From positions 99,636,001-99,700,000 of the forward strand of contig CM059431.1 in the NCBI GenBank assembly GCA_030390025.1: a stretch of DNA of 64,000 nucleotides. Reading direction: 5' to 3'. Shown here piece by piece: positions 52,113 to 64,000 of this stretch. Position numbers and translations under genes: made by a program. The notes beneath the pieces are model-generated. The model saw only the letters and a list, made by a program, of their open reading frames with translations. It did no database searches and was not told where the DNA came from. Position 1 is the first letter of the stretch. Each line of letters starts with the position of its first letter. Source of the DNA: Squalus acanthias (lineage: Eukaryota).

Positions 52113-52877
52113 TGGCCCTGAAATTTGCCTCTCCGGCTTGCTGCGGGGGTAAGGATCGCGCGCGCACTTACCTACCGCACCTGCCGTTGACCTCTGGGCC
52201 CACGGGAACTTCAGCTCCTGGGCCTGCTCCAAGTGCCGGCGCGCAGTGCTTGCGTGTCCCAGGGGCGCAGTTAGTGCAATGCTTCCTCTGGGATCACGTG
52301 GGCCATGGAGAGCCAATGGCAGCAGACCATCTTTCATTCATAGCTTTGACAGGAAGACCTGTCAAATCTATGAATTGAAATCGGCCCCAAAAGAACAGCT
52401 AAACTTAAAATATTTTTTTTTAAAACCATCACATTTATAAAATAACTATAAGTTAAATAAATTAACTACTTTAAACAAAAATTAAAATTTTTGAAAAAAT
52501 TAAAAAACTTTTTAACAGTGCTAAAAATAAACTTACCTTTCTTTAAAGTATCTAAAAAAGATAAACCTGTTGAAATTTTTTTTTAGTTATAATTAATGAA
52601 CCACTTACCTTGTTGAAAACGGGTCCTGCGCCTCCTTTTTAAACGCGCAGGTTCTTCAATACTTACCCTCCCGTAGAAACCTGAAAAAAACCTTAAGTAT
52701 GCTGCGTGCGCGCAGCCTCTAGCGCGCACGCGGTTCACCTCTGAACCGCTCCCTTCACAAGACCGGAAGTTCCGGTTTCCCGCACATGCGCAGTGCATGC
52801 AGGAAACCAGCACTTCAGGACGCCTTGCGGGTGAGTACACGATGCGTACTCACCCGGCAAGGGCCGAATTTTTGGCC
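52113..52877 (+). mobile_element. Harbinger-like MITE (same family as 55648-56685)
   Basis: Ends ggccctgaaatt / aatttttggcc and TSD CAT. Shares gggatcacgtgggccatgg and ctaaaaataaacttaccttt with the 55648 element. Confidence 0.8.
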
Positions 52878-52984
52878 CATTATCTCTACGTCATTCTTAC
52901 AACATTGATGCTTCTGACATCCTGCCTGGTCCAGCCCACGCACATTGCAGGAGCCTGCCCAACAAGAGGAACAATAGTCTCCTA

Positions 52985-53482
52985 TTCATAGAATCAATTG
53001 TACAGCACAGGAGGAGGCCATTCGGCCCATCATGCCTGTGCCAGCTCTTTGAAAGAGCTCTCCAATTAGTCCCACTACCCCCTGCTCTTTCCCCACAGCC
53101 CTGCAAATTTTTCCTTTTCAAGTTTATATCCAATTCCCTTTTGAAAGTTACTATTGAATCTGCTTCCACCGCCCTTTCAAGCAGCGCATTCCAGATCACG
53201 ACAACTCGCTGCGTAAAAAACATTCTCCTCATCTCCCCTCTGGTTCTTTTGCCAATGAACTTCAATCTGTGTCCTCTGGTTACCGACCCACCTGCCACTG
53301 GAAACAGTTTCTCCTTATTTACTCGATCAAAACCCTTTCATAATTTTGAACACCTCTATTAAATCTCCCCTTAACCTTCTCTGCTTTAAGGAGGACAACC
53401 CAGCTTCTCCTCCAGTCTCTCCACGTAACTGAAGTCTCTCATCCCTGGCACCATTCTAATAAATCTCCTTCTGTACCCTCTC
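52985..53482 (-). mobile_element. CR1 3' fragment
   Basis: SVTRGHRLKFIGKR..FFTQRVVVIWNALL. Confidence 0.9.
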
Positions 53483-53716
53483 CAAAGCCTTGGCATCCTC
53501 ATTGGTGATGGGTAGGGGTGAGAACAGCATTGCGTATCTCAATGTAATTGGCAGCAGAACAAGTGTCTAGTACAAAGAATTCTCAAATTCAGCATTAATT
53601 ATCACTAATTCCGTGACTTTTCCTTTGAGAAGAATTTAAGGGTTATTGTGGAAATGCAAATATCACACTGGTGCAGCGAGAGCAATTCTCAACTCGAACT
53701 TTCGACTGTTTTGCAG

Positions 53717-53827
53717 ATTCCCAGCTCAAGGGCATAGTGACCAGGTTATATTGCAGGCAAGGCTTCTACTTGCAAATGAACCCTGATGGAGCTGTCGATG
53801 GAACAAAAGATGACAGCACTAATTCCA
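53717..53827 (+). CDS. FGF14: FGF14 internal coding exon (equivalent to exon 2, phase 1-1, 111 bp)
   Basis: Acceptor ctgttttgcag| and donor |gtaagt. Translates (D)[36 protein letters not shown](T), which matches my recollection of human FGF14 [38 protein letters not shown] better than FGF11/12/13. Too short for the ORF track. Confidence 0.93.
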
Positions 53828-53853
53828 GTAAGTGTTGACTATATTCAAATCTC

Positions 53854-54280
53854 ACAGTGACTACATTTTAAAAGTGCTTCATTGCTTGTAAAGCGCTTTG
53901 GGACGTCCTGAGGCTGTGAAAGGCGCTGTAGAAATTCAAATACTTCTTTCTTTTTTTGTTTTTAATTTGAAACGTTAACGCAAGGGCCCCATCTGCCCCC
54001 TCGGGTGGACGTAAAAGATCCCATGGCCACTATTTTGAAGAAGAGCAGGGGGAGTTCTCCCCGGTGTCCTGGCCAATATTTATCCCTCAACCAGCACCTA
54101 AAAGCAGATGATCTGGTCATTACCACATTGCTGTTTGGGGGAGCTTGCTGTGCGCAAATTGGCTACCGCGTTTCCCACATTACAACAGTGACTACGCTTC
54201 AAAAGTACTTCATTGGCTGTAAAGCGCTTTGGGACGTCCTGAGGTCATGAAAGGCTCTATAGAAATGCAAGTCTTTCTTT
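53854..54280 (+). mobile_element. Two tandem Deu-type SINE fragments (53854-53950 and 53970-54280)
   Basis: Deu core (ggacgtaaaagatcccatggc..gtcctggccaatatttatccctc) and duplicated L2-like tails. Confidence 0.8.
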
Positions 54281-54649
54281 ATTTTGAACTGTTCCTCGTT
54301 ATGATGCATGAAGGGATTACTGAGGATATTTTAGAACGTCCTACTGGAATGAAGAGCTCCTTTTGGTTATTCTTTAATCGCTGTGCTGTTACATTTTGGT
54401 TTACAAGAGGTAACTTAATGCTAAATCTTAAAATGATGAAATTATTTAAATAGTTTAAAATGAACAGAAAACTATTACACATTTTGTTTTGCAGTTGCTT
54501 GTCCAGGTCTCTAAGTTCTGAACATTGAAACACGCAATAGTTGAATTTTGGTGCACTTATAATTCTCTTATAAAGATTATTGTGGCCATGCAAAACAAGC
54601 ACTGCAGTGAAAACACCTTCATTCAATTTGGATATTGGAGTTAGAGACT

Positions 54650-55029
54650 TTAAATTTCTCATCCTTGTGTTCAAATCCCTCCATGGCCTCGCCCCCTCCC
54701 TACCTCTGTAATCTCCTCCAGCCCCGCAACCCTCCAATTCTGGCCTCTTGTTCATCCCTGATTTTCATCGCTCCACCAATGGCGGCCGTGCCTTCAGCTG
54801 CCTGGGCCCTAAGCTCCGGAATTCCCTCCTTAAACCTCTCCGCCTCTCTACCTGCCTCTCCTCCTTTAAGACGCTCCTTAAAACCTATCTCTTTGACCAA
54901 GCTTTTGGTCACCTGCGCTACTATCTCCTTAAGTTGCTTGGTGTCAAATTTTGGTTGATAATCGCTCCTGTGAAGCGCCTTGGGACGTTTTATTATATTA
55001 AAGGTGCTATATAAATGCAAGTTGTTGTT
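54650..55029 (+). mobile_element. L2-type LINE 3' fragment
   Basis: Matches the copies at 34495 and 43338, with a (TTG)n tail. Confidence 0.85.
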
Positions 55030-55195
55030 TCATGATCAGTTTTACAGCGTTCTTTGAACAGTACTCATTGTGATAGTTTCTTTACATTTTTCATTGCATA
55101 TGTTATTGGTTTCGCTTGTGGTACATTTTATTACTTTGAAGCCCCTATTTTCCATTCATGCCTTGTTGGCAGTTGCTACCTCCACAGTTCTGAAG

Positions 55196-55540
55196 ATGGA
55201 AATCCCATTGGGATTACTCCTCTACTTACTGATTATAGAGGAGAATGTGAGGAGGCATGAGAGAGAGAGAGGTGTGTTTACACCAGAGGTGGTCTTGCTG
55301 CGTGCAAACCTTACCCAACCGTCCAGGTACGGAAGCCAAGGTGCACCCACATGGACACGTCTGAGGAGGTCTGCCTTCGTTACCTCTGACTCACTCGTGA
55401 AGCAGTCACAAAAATATGACAAACCTTGAGAACAGGGACAGCTCTACAAGAGGCTGTAAAGGCAACTGCTGCCTTGAACTTCTATGCACCCGGTTTCGTC
55501 TAGGCAATAGCAAGGGGATATCAGCAAAATTTCATAAACA
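55196..55540 (+). pseudogene. Old Harbinger transposase N-terminal remnant
   Basis: KPYP..PRCTHMDTSEEVCLRYL*LTREAVTKI..GTALQEAVKATAALNFYAPG parallels 26780-27010. Confidence 0.65.
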
Positions 55541-55647
55541 ACAGACCACCAATACAGGTAATGAAAGTGGAATGTGACGAACATGTTAGTCCCGGCAATC
55601 AAAGCATCTTGAGAAAGAAGAAAATTGCGTCAGGAGTCAGACTTGAT

Positions 55648-56685
55648 GGGCCATATTTTCCGATCGGAGGCTTCCTGCGTGCGGAGGCCTCCGATCTGGA
55701 AAAAAATCTGCGGACTTACCTGAGGGCTCCCGAGGTCCGGACACTTCCGCTCCTGGGCCTCTCCAACTCCAAGTGCGCAGGGCCCAGGTATCCCAGAGGC
55801 GCATGTGGTTCGCAAGCGTCCCTGGGATCACGTGGGCCATGGGGAGCCAATAGCAGAAGGGAATAAGAACATAAGAACATAAGAAATAGGAGCAGGAGTA
55901 GGCCAATTGGCCCCTCGAGCCTGCTCCGCCATTCAATAAGATCATGGCTGATCTGATCCTAACCGCCAATCTACTCTCACAGAACCATCTCCTGAACCTA
56001 ACAGAATTGGACACATGAAATAGGAGCAAGATCAGGCTACACGGCCCCTGGGCCCGCTACGCTACCCACAGGGCCATGACCGATCCGAACCTAGACACAT
56101 GTCCAAATTCCTGCCCGCTCCCCGTAACCCTTAATTCCCTTTACTTCTAGGATAGACCTGTCAAATATATGAATGGAGATCACCCCAAAAACACTGTAAA
56201 ACATTAAATACATTTTTTTTTAAAAATCATATTTTTAAAATTAGTTGAAATTACAATAAATTAAATATTTTAAACAAAAATTTAATTTTTTGAAAAAAAT
56301 AATTAAAGTTTATTACGGGGCTAAAAATAAACTTACCTTTTTTAAAGTATTTTAAAATTATAAATGAGTGAAATTTTTTTAATTGTTTTTTACTTTTTTT
56401 CAAATCTTATGCTGGTAAAAGCAGGCCTTACGCAGGATTTTACCAGGCGTAAGATTTCTAAAGGTTTTCAGCGGGCGGAGGTTCTGCAGAAAGCGGAACT
56501 CTCCCTCCCCCCCCGCAAAGGCCCTTCTCCAGGGCAGCCGGAGGATCTGTCAAGAGCATTCTTGACAGATCCAAAATGCCAGTTTTCAGCGCCTGCGCAG
56601 TGCATGCCTGAAACCGGCATTTCCGATGTCCCTACGGGTGTGTACACAGCGCGTACCCACCCGTAGGGATCGGAAAATACGGCCC
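55648..56685 (+). mobile_element. Harbinger-like MITE with a nested CR1 3' end (about 55865-56150, -)
   Basis: 18-bp TIRs gggcc(a/g)tattttccgatc and TSD GAT. The nested piece starts with (taagaaca)n aggagcaggagtaggcc. Confidence 0.88.
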
Positions 56686-57071
56686 GATATCTTTGCCCCA
56701 CCCAATGTCTTGTCAGGCAGCTTCCTCCTCTCCCTGATGCCAGCAGGTTCTCTACAGCTGGTAAGGACAAGGGTTTTTTTTCTTTACTTATTCATTGTCA
56801 GGATGTGGCCATCCCTGGCAAGGCCAAGCTGTAATCCCCTGAGACAGTGGTGGTGGTGGTGGGCCTTTCTCTTGAACCGCTGCAGTCTGTGCGGTTAAAG
56901 TATTCCTTCTGGTGGCTTTCATACAACTCGGCCATTTCAGGGGGCGCTTAAGAATCAACCACAGAGGCCCAGACCGGTTAAGGACGGCAGGCTTCCTTCC
57001 CTAAAGGAATTAGTGAACCAGTTGGGCTTTTACAGCAATCTGACAGCTTCATGGTCAGTTTTACTGATGAC

Positions 57072-57191
57072 CAGCCTTCCCGTTAAGCTGTACGGCCACG
57101 CCGCGCCCTGAAGGTCCTGCACAGCTGGTGAGCCAGCTTTTAAATAGAAAAAGGAGGCCATGTGGGCCAAAAAAAATTAGAGGGAACATCG
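57072..57191. mobile_element. Short hAT-like MITE
   Basis: Degenerate TIRs cagccttcccgttaa / ttagagggaacatcg and an imperfect 8-bp TSD ctgatgac/ctaatcac. Confidence 0.55.
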
Positions 57192-57244
57192 CTAATCACA
57201 GATCTTATTTGCAGACTTTTTAAACTGAATCCAAATTGTCAAAC

Positions 57245-57652
57245 GGTAGCATAGTGGTGATGCCACTGGGCTAGTAATCCCGTAGGCCTGGACTAATGAT
57301 CCAGAGACATGAGTTCAAATCCCACCACGCCAGCTGGGGAATTTAAATTCAGTTAATTAAATAAATCTGGAATAAAAATCTAGTAATGGTGAGCATGAAA
57401 CTACCGGATTGTTGTAAAAACCCATCTGGTTCACTAATGTCCTTTAGGGAAGGAAATCTGCCGTCCTTACCCAGTCTGGCCGATATGTGACTCCAGACCC
57501 ACAGCAATGTGGTTGACTCTTAACTGCCCTCTGAAATGGCCCAGCGAGTTACTCAGTTGTATTCACCAGCACCTTCTCGAGGGCGACTGGGGACGGGCAA
57601 TAAATGCCGGCCTCGCCAGCGACGCCCACATCCCGTGAATGAATTTTTAAAA
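57245..57652 (+). mobile_element. Near full-length tRNA-headed SINE (head and tail of the LINE at 58497)
   Basis: A box TAGCATAGTGG (57247) and B box GTTCAAATC (57313). Body matches 58497-58813; tail matches 62167-62245. Confidence 0.88.
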
Positions 57653-58112
57653 ACAGCCACGATGGGTTTTGAGCTCATGTCTCTGGATTAAATAGTCCAG
57701 GCCTCTGGATTGCTCATCTAGTAACATAACCACTACACTACCGTGCCCAGAAAATTGCACTCATATCTTCCAAAAAATTTCTATTACAGTACCACGGTCA
57801 ACAGAAAAAAAGCTAATTTCACACACAGATTTGCTGGAATGATTTTCGGAGTTCTGTGTGACCCCAGTGTGGGAGCAGATGTGTCATGTTTTGGTACAAT
57901 AATACCCGGGAATGAAGACTGCAATGAGAGCAAATACATTTAATTCTGAAGTTTATTTTTAGTTGTTTCTCAGAAGCGATTGATTGACAGCTCGTTGCGT
58001 TTTGTGTTGTAACCGTGTGATGGTCCCTTTGGGCAGGAGGCAGATCACAGATAAGAAAGAAACAATCTGCTTTCCTGATAAACAGTTCAATACCCAGTGA
58101 CAAAAATTGTGT

Positions 58113-58484
58113 TCTCTCACACTCACACTCACTCACACTCACACTCACACACTGACACTCACACTCACACTCACTCACTCACACACTCATACACAAACAC
58201 ACTCACTCACTCTCACACTCACACACAGACACACTCACACTCACACACAGACACACACACACTCACACTCTCTCACATTCACTCACACTCACACAGACAC
58301 ACACTCACTCACACTCACACACAGACATACACTCACTCACTCACACACTCACTCACACACAGACACACACTCACTCATTCTCTCACTCACACACTCTCTC
58401 GCACTCACACACACAGACACACTCTCGCACACTCATACTTTCTTGCACTCACACACACTCTCGCACTCACACACTCTCGCGCAC
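58113..58484. repeat. Degenerate (CA)/(CACT) microsatellite
   Basis: Low-complexity cacactca tract. Confidence 0.95.
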
Positions 58485-58496
58485 GGGAACGTTAAG

Positions 58497-61400
58497 TAGA
58501 GTAGTGGTGATGTCACTGGACTAGTAATCCAGAGGCCTGGACTAATGATCCAGAGACGTGAGTTCAAATCCCACCGCGGCAGCTGGGGAATTTAAATTCA
58601 GTTAATTAAATAATCTGGAATAAAAAGCTAGTATCAGTAATGGTGACCATGAAACTATTGGATTGTTGTAAAAACCCATCTGGTTCACTGATGCCCTTTA
58701 GGAAAGGAAATCTGCTGTCCTTACCTGGTCTGACCTATATGTGACTCCAGACCCACAGCAATGTGGTTGACTCTTATCTGCTCTCTGAAATGGCCGAGCG
58801 AGTCACTCAGTTGTAACAAACTGCTACGAAACACAATAATAAGAATGAAACCGGACAGACCACCCGGCATCGACCTCGGCTATGGACATGGCAATAGCAC
58901 ACCCAGCCCAGTCCTTCTCACAAACATCTGGGGACTTGTGCCAATAATTGGGAGAGCTGTCCCACAGACTAGTCAAAGCAACAGCCTGACATAGTCACAC
59001 TCACACTCACAGAATCATACCTTTCAGCCAAACTCCTCCATCACCATCCCTGGGTATGTCATGTCCCGCCGGCAGGACAGACCCACCAGGGGTGGTGGCA
59101 CAGTGGTATACAGTCGGGAAGGAGTGGCCCTGGGAGTCCTCAACATTGACTCCGGATCTCATGGCTTCAGGTCAAGCATGGGCAAGGAAACCTCCTGTTG
59201 ATTACCACCTACCACAGCTGATGAATCAGTACTCCTCCATCTTGAACACCACTTGGAAGAAGCACTGAGAGTAGCAAGGGCACAGAATGTACTCTGGGTG
59301 GGGGACTTCAATGTCCATCACCAAGAGTGGCTCAGTAGCACCACAGCTGGCCGAGTCCTAAAGGTCATAGCTGCCAGTCTGAGCCTGCGACAGGTGGTGA
59401 GAGAACCAACACGAGGGAAAAACCTACCTGACCTCGTCCTCACCAATCTACCTGTCGCAGATGCATCTGTCCATGACAGTATTGGTAGCAGTGACCACCG
59501 CACAGTCATTGTGGAGACGAAGTCCTGTCTGGACACCCTCCATTGTGTTGTGTGGCACTACCACCGTGCTAAATGGGATAGATTCAGAACAGATCTAGCA
59601 GCTCAAAACTGGGCATCCATGAGGCACTGTGGGGCAGCAGCAGAATTGTATTCCACCACAATCTGTAACCTTATGGCCCGGCATATCCCTCACTCTACCA
59701 TTACCATCAAGCCAGGGGACCAACCCTGGTTCAATAAGGAGTGTAGAAGAGCATGCCAGGAGCACCACCAGGCGTACCTAAAAATGCGGTGAAAACCTGG
59801 GGAAGCTGCAACACAGGACTACATGCATGCTAAAAAGCGGAAGCAGCATGCTATAGACAGGGCTAAGTGATCCCACAATCAACGGATCAGATCAAAGATC
59901 TGCAGTCCTGTCGTGAATGGTGGTGGACCATTAAACAACTAACGGGAGGAGGAGGCTCCATGAATATCCCCATCCTCAGTGATGGTGGAGCCCAGCATGT
60001 GAGTTTTTTTTTAATTCGCTTATGGGATCTGGGCGTCGCTGGCAAGGCCAGCATTTATTGCCCATCCCTAGTTGCCCTTGAGAAGGTGGTGGTGAGCCGC
60101 TTTCTTGAACTGCTGCAGTCCGTGTGGTGAAGGTACTCCCACAGTGCTGTTAGGGAGGGAGTTCCAGGATTTTGACCCAGCGACGATGAAGGATCAGCGA
60201 TATATTTCTAAGCCAGGATGTTGTGTGACTTGGAGGGGAACTTGGAGGTGGTGGTGTTCCCATGCGCCTGCTGCCCTTGTCCTTCTAGGTGGAAGAGGTC
60301 ACAGGTTTGGGAGGTGCTGCCAAAGAAGCCTTGGCGAGTTGCTGCACTGCATCTTGTAGATGGTACACACTGCAGCCACGGTGCGCCCGTGGTGGAGGGA
60401 GTGAATGTTTAAGGTGGTGGATGGGGTGCGAATCAAACGGGCTACTTTGTCCTGGATGGTGTCGAGCTTCTTGAGTGTTGTTGGAGCTGCACTCATCCAG
60501 GCAAGTGGAGAGTATTCCATCACACTCCTTAATTGTGCTTTGTAGATGGTGAAAAGGCTTTGGGGAGTCAGGAGGTGAGACACTCGCCGCAGAATACCCA
60601 GCCTCTGACCTGCTCTTGTTGCCACAGTATTTCTGTGGCTGGTCATTAAGTTTCTGGTCAATGGTGACCCCCCAGGATATTGATGGTGGGGGATTCAGTG
60701 GTGGTAATGCCGTTGAATGTCAAAGGACAGTAGTTAGATGCTCGCTTGTTGGAGATAGTCATTGCCTGGCACCTCTGTGGTGCGAATGTTACCTGCCACT
60801 TATCAGCCCAAGCCTGAACATCATCTAGGTCTTGTTGCACGTGGGAAGCTGCATCACAGGACTACATGCATGCTAAAAAGCTGAAGCAGCATTCTATAGA
60901 CAGGGCTAAGCGATCCCACAATCAACGATCAGATCAAAGCTCTGCAGTCCTGCCACATTCAGTCGTGAATGGTGGTGGACCATTAAACAACTAACGGGAG
61001 GAGGAGGCTCCATGAATATCCCCATCCTCAATGATGACGGAGCCCAGCATGTGAGTGCAAACGACAAGGCTGAAGCGTTTGCAACCATCTTCAGCCAGAA
61101 GTGCCGAGGGGATGATCCCTATCGGCCTACTCCCAAGGTCCCCACCATCACAGAAGCCAGTCTTCAGCCAATTCGACTCACTCCACTTGTTATCAAGAAA
61201 TGGCTGAGCACACTGGATACAGCAAAGGCTATGAGCCCTGACAATATCCCAGCTATCGTGCTGAAGACTTGTGCTCCAGACCTAGCCGCGCCTCTAGCCA
61301 AGCTGTTCCAGTACAGCTACAACACTGGCATCTATCCGACAATGTGGAAAACTGCCCAGGTATGTCTTGTCCACAAAAAGCAGGACAAATCCAATCCGGC

Positions 61401-62250
61401 CAATTACTGTCCCATCAGTCTACTCTCAATCATCAGCAAAGTGATGGAAGGTGTCATTGACAGTGCTATCAAGCGGCACTTACTCACCAATAACCTGCTC
61501 ACCGATGCCCAGTTTGGGTTCCGGCAGGACCACTCAGCTCCAGATCTCATTACAGCCTTGGTCCAAACATGGACAAAGGAGCTGAATTCCAGAGGTGAGG
61601 TGAGAGTGACTGCCCTTGTAATCAAGACAGCATTTGACCGAGTGTGGCATCAAGGAGCCCTAGTAAAACTGAAGTCAATGGGAATCTGGGGGAAAACTCT
61701 CCATGGGCTGGAGTCATACCTAGCACAAAGGAATATGGTTGTGGTGGTTGTAGGTCAATCATCACAGCCCCAGGACATCGCTGCAGGAGTTCCTCAGGGC
61801 AGTGTCCTAGGCCCAACCATCTTCAGCTGCTTCATCAATGACCGTCCCTCCAACATAAGGTCAGAAATGGGGATGTTCACTGATGATTGCACAGTGTTCA
61901 GCGCCATTCACAACTCCTCAGATACCGAAGCAGTCCATGGCCCGCCCCTCCCAAACCCGCGGCCTCTCCCACCTGGAAGGACAAGGGCAGCAGGCACATG
62001 GGAACACCATCACCTCTAAGTTCCCCTCCAAGTCACACACCATCCTGAGTTAGAAGTATATCGCCGATCCTTCATCGTCGCTGGGTCAAAATCCTGGAAC
62101 TCCCTCCCTAACAGCACTGTGGGAGCACCTTCACCACACGGACTGCAGCGGTTCAAGAAGGCGGCTCACCACCACCTTCTCAAGGGGCAACTAGGGATGG
62201 GCAATAAATGCTGGCCTTGCCAGCGACCCCCACATCCCATAAACAAATTA
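58497..62250 (+). mobile_element. tRNA-headed APE-RT non-LTR retrotransposon (CR1-group-like); composite of two copies
   Basis: SINE-like head, then APE (TNIWGL, QQPDIV..TESYL, DRPTRGGG, VGDFNVHH, DLVLTN, SDH) and RT (NYCPISLLS, QFGFR, AFDRVWH, GVPQGSVLGP, FTDD). Tail gggcaataaatgctggcc. Confidence 0.88.
60004..61944 (-). mobile_element. Second copy of the same LINE, nested, with a 5' inversion
   Basis: 60004-60842 is the 3' part on - (QQDLDDVQAWADKWQVTF through the tail). 60843-61944 is the adjoining upstream RT part on +. Confidence 0.7.
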
Positions 62251-62256
62251 AACAAA

Positions 62257-64000
62257 ACTCAGACACACACACTCACACACACACTCACACACACTCTCGC
62301 ACTCAGACACACACACTCGCACTCACACACACACTCACACACTCTCTTGCACTCAGACACACACACTTGCACGCACACTCACACACACTCGCACTCACCA
62401 CACACACACTCACACTCACACACACTCGCACTCACACACACATTCACACACACTCGCACTCACACACACACTCGCACTCTCACACACACTCACACACACT
62501 CACACACACTCGCACTCTCACACACACTCTCTCGCACTCACACACACTCACATGCACACTCGCACTCTCACACACTCGCACTCACACACACTCGCACTCA
62601 CACACACACTCGCACTCACACACACACTCTCTCGCACTCACACACACACTCACATGCACACTCACACACACTCGCACTCACACACACACACACACACTCA
62701 CACTCACACTCACACACACTCTGACACACACTCACACACACTCGCACTCGCTCACACACTCACACACACTCGCACTCAGACACACACTCGCACACACTCA
62801 CACACACACACACACTCACACACACTCGCACTCAGACACACACTCGCATGCACACTCACACTCTCTCGCACTCGCACACACTCACACACACTTGCACTCA
62901 GACACACACTCGCACGCACACTCATACACACTCACACACTCTCTCGTACTCACACACTCTCTCGCACTCAGACACACTCGCATTCGCACACACTCGCACG
63001 CACACTCACGCACACACACTCTCGCATTCACACACTCGCACTCAACACTCTCTCGCACTCACACACTCTCGCACTCACACACTCTCTCGCACTCACACAC
63101 TCTCTCGCACTCGCGCACACACTCGCACACACATTCACACTCGCATTCACACTCGCACACACACTCGCACTCAACACTCTCTTGCACTCACACACTCTCT
63201 CGCACTCACACACTCTCTCGCACTCACACACACGCTCACACACTCTCGCATTCAGACACATGTTCACACACTCTCGCACTCACTCTCGCACTCAGACACA
63301 CGCTCACACACTCTCGCACTCACACACACTCGCACTCAGACACACGCTCACACACTCTCGCATTCAGACACACGCTCACACACTCTCGCACTCACACATG
63401 CTCGCACTCAGACACACTCGCACTCACTCTCGCACTCAGAAACACGCTCACACACTCTCACTCACACACTCTCGCACTCAGACACACTCGCACTCAGACA
63501 CACACTCACACACACTCGCACTCACACTCTCGCACTCACTCTCTCGCACTCAGACACACGCTCACACACACTCGCACTCACATTCTCGCACTCACACACT
63601 CTCGCACTCAGACACACGCTCACACACTCTCGCACTCAGACACACGCTCACACACTCTCGCACTCACACTCTCGCACTCAGACACACGCTCACACACTCT
63701 CGCACTCACTCTCGCACTCAGACTCACGCTCACACACTCTCGCACTCACTCTCGCACTCAGACTCACGCGTACACACTCTCGCTCTCACTCTCGCACTCA
63801 CACACTCTCGCACTCACACACTCTCGCACTCACTCTCGCACTCAGACACACGCTCACACACTGTTGCACTCAGACACACTCGCACTCAGACACACTCGCA
63901 CTCAGACACACTCGCACTCAGACACACGCTCACACACTCTCGCACTCACACACTCTCTCGCACTCAGACACACGCTCACACACTTTCGCACTCACACTCT
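62257..64000. repeat. CA-rich low-complexity tandem repeat (cacacactctcgcactca / cagacacacgctca units); runs off the right edge
   Basis: Continuous simple-sequence tract. Confidence 0.95.

Larger units (their letters stand above)
56773..57748 (-). mobile_element. Older tRNA-headed SINE copy, split by a MITE and a second SINE
   Basis: Head gggcacggtagtgtagtgg.. at 57748-57655, body at 57244-56920, and family tail at 56900-56773. Confidence 0.75.

Noticed and set aside
58097..63279. His/Thr-rich or Cys/Val-rich ORFs at 58.1 kb and 62.1-63.3 kb
   Set aside because: These are translations of CA-rich microsatellites.
53828..64000. Next FGF14 exon (LFNLIPVGLRVVAIQ...)
   Set aside because: Not found by eye; it presumably lies beyond the window.

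Overview
Eukaryotic, repeat-dense DNA. The repeat families and the one host exon suggest a vertebrate, probably a cartilaginous fish (inference). The only host coding sequence is a 111-bp internal exon of FGF14 (53717-53827, +), so the whole window is probably intronic. Positions 1-13.8 kb are a C-rich 15-16 bp satellite with kb-scale higher-order repeats. The rest is a nest of decayed transposons: CR1, L2 and RTE LINE fragments, Deu-type tRNA SINEs, Penelope-type fragments with minimal hammerhead ribozyme cores, about ten Harbinger/PIF-type elements and MITEs, and several minisatellites. Main leads: (1) an APE-RT LINE whose 5' end is a tRNA-like A/B-box head and whose sense strand lacks TTTT terminators, with a SINE made of its two ends nearby (candidate Pol III-transcribed LINE); (2) a satellite monomer matching a subterminal motif of local Harbinger-type elements; (3) a twin-priming-style inversion in that LINE family; (4) Harbinger derivatives that swap terminal modules and carry a captured Penelope hairpin. 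Everything was read by eye; repeat boundaries are approximate unless TSDs are given.
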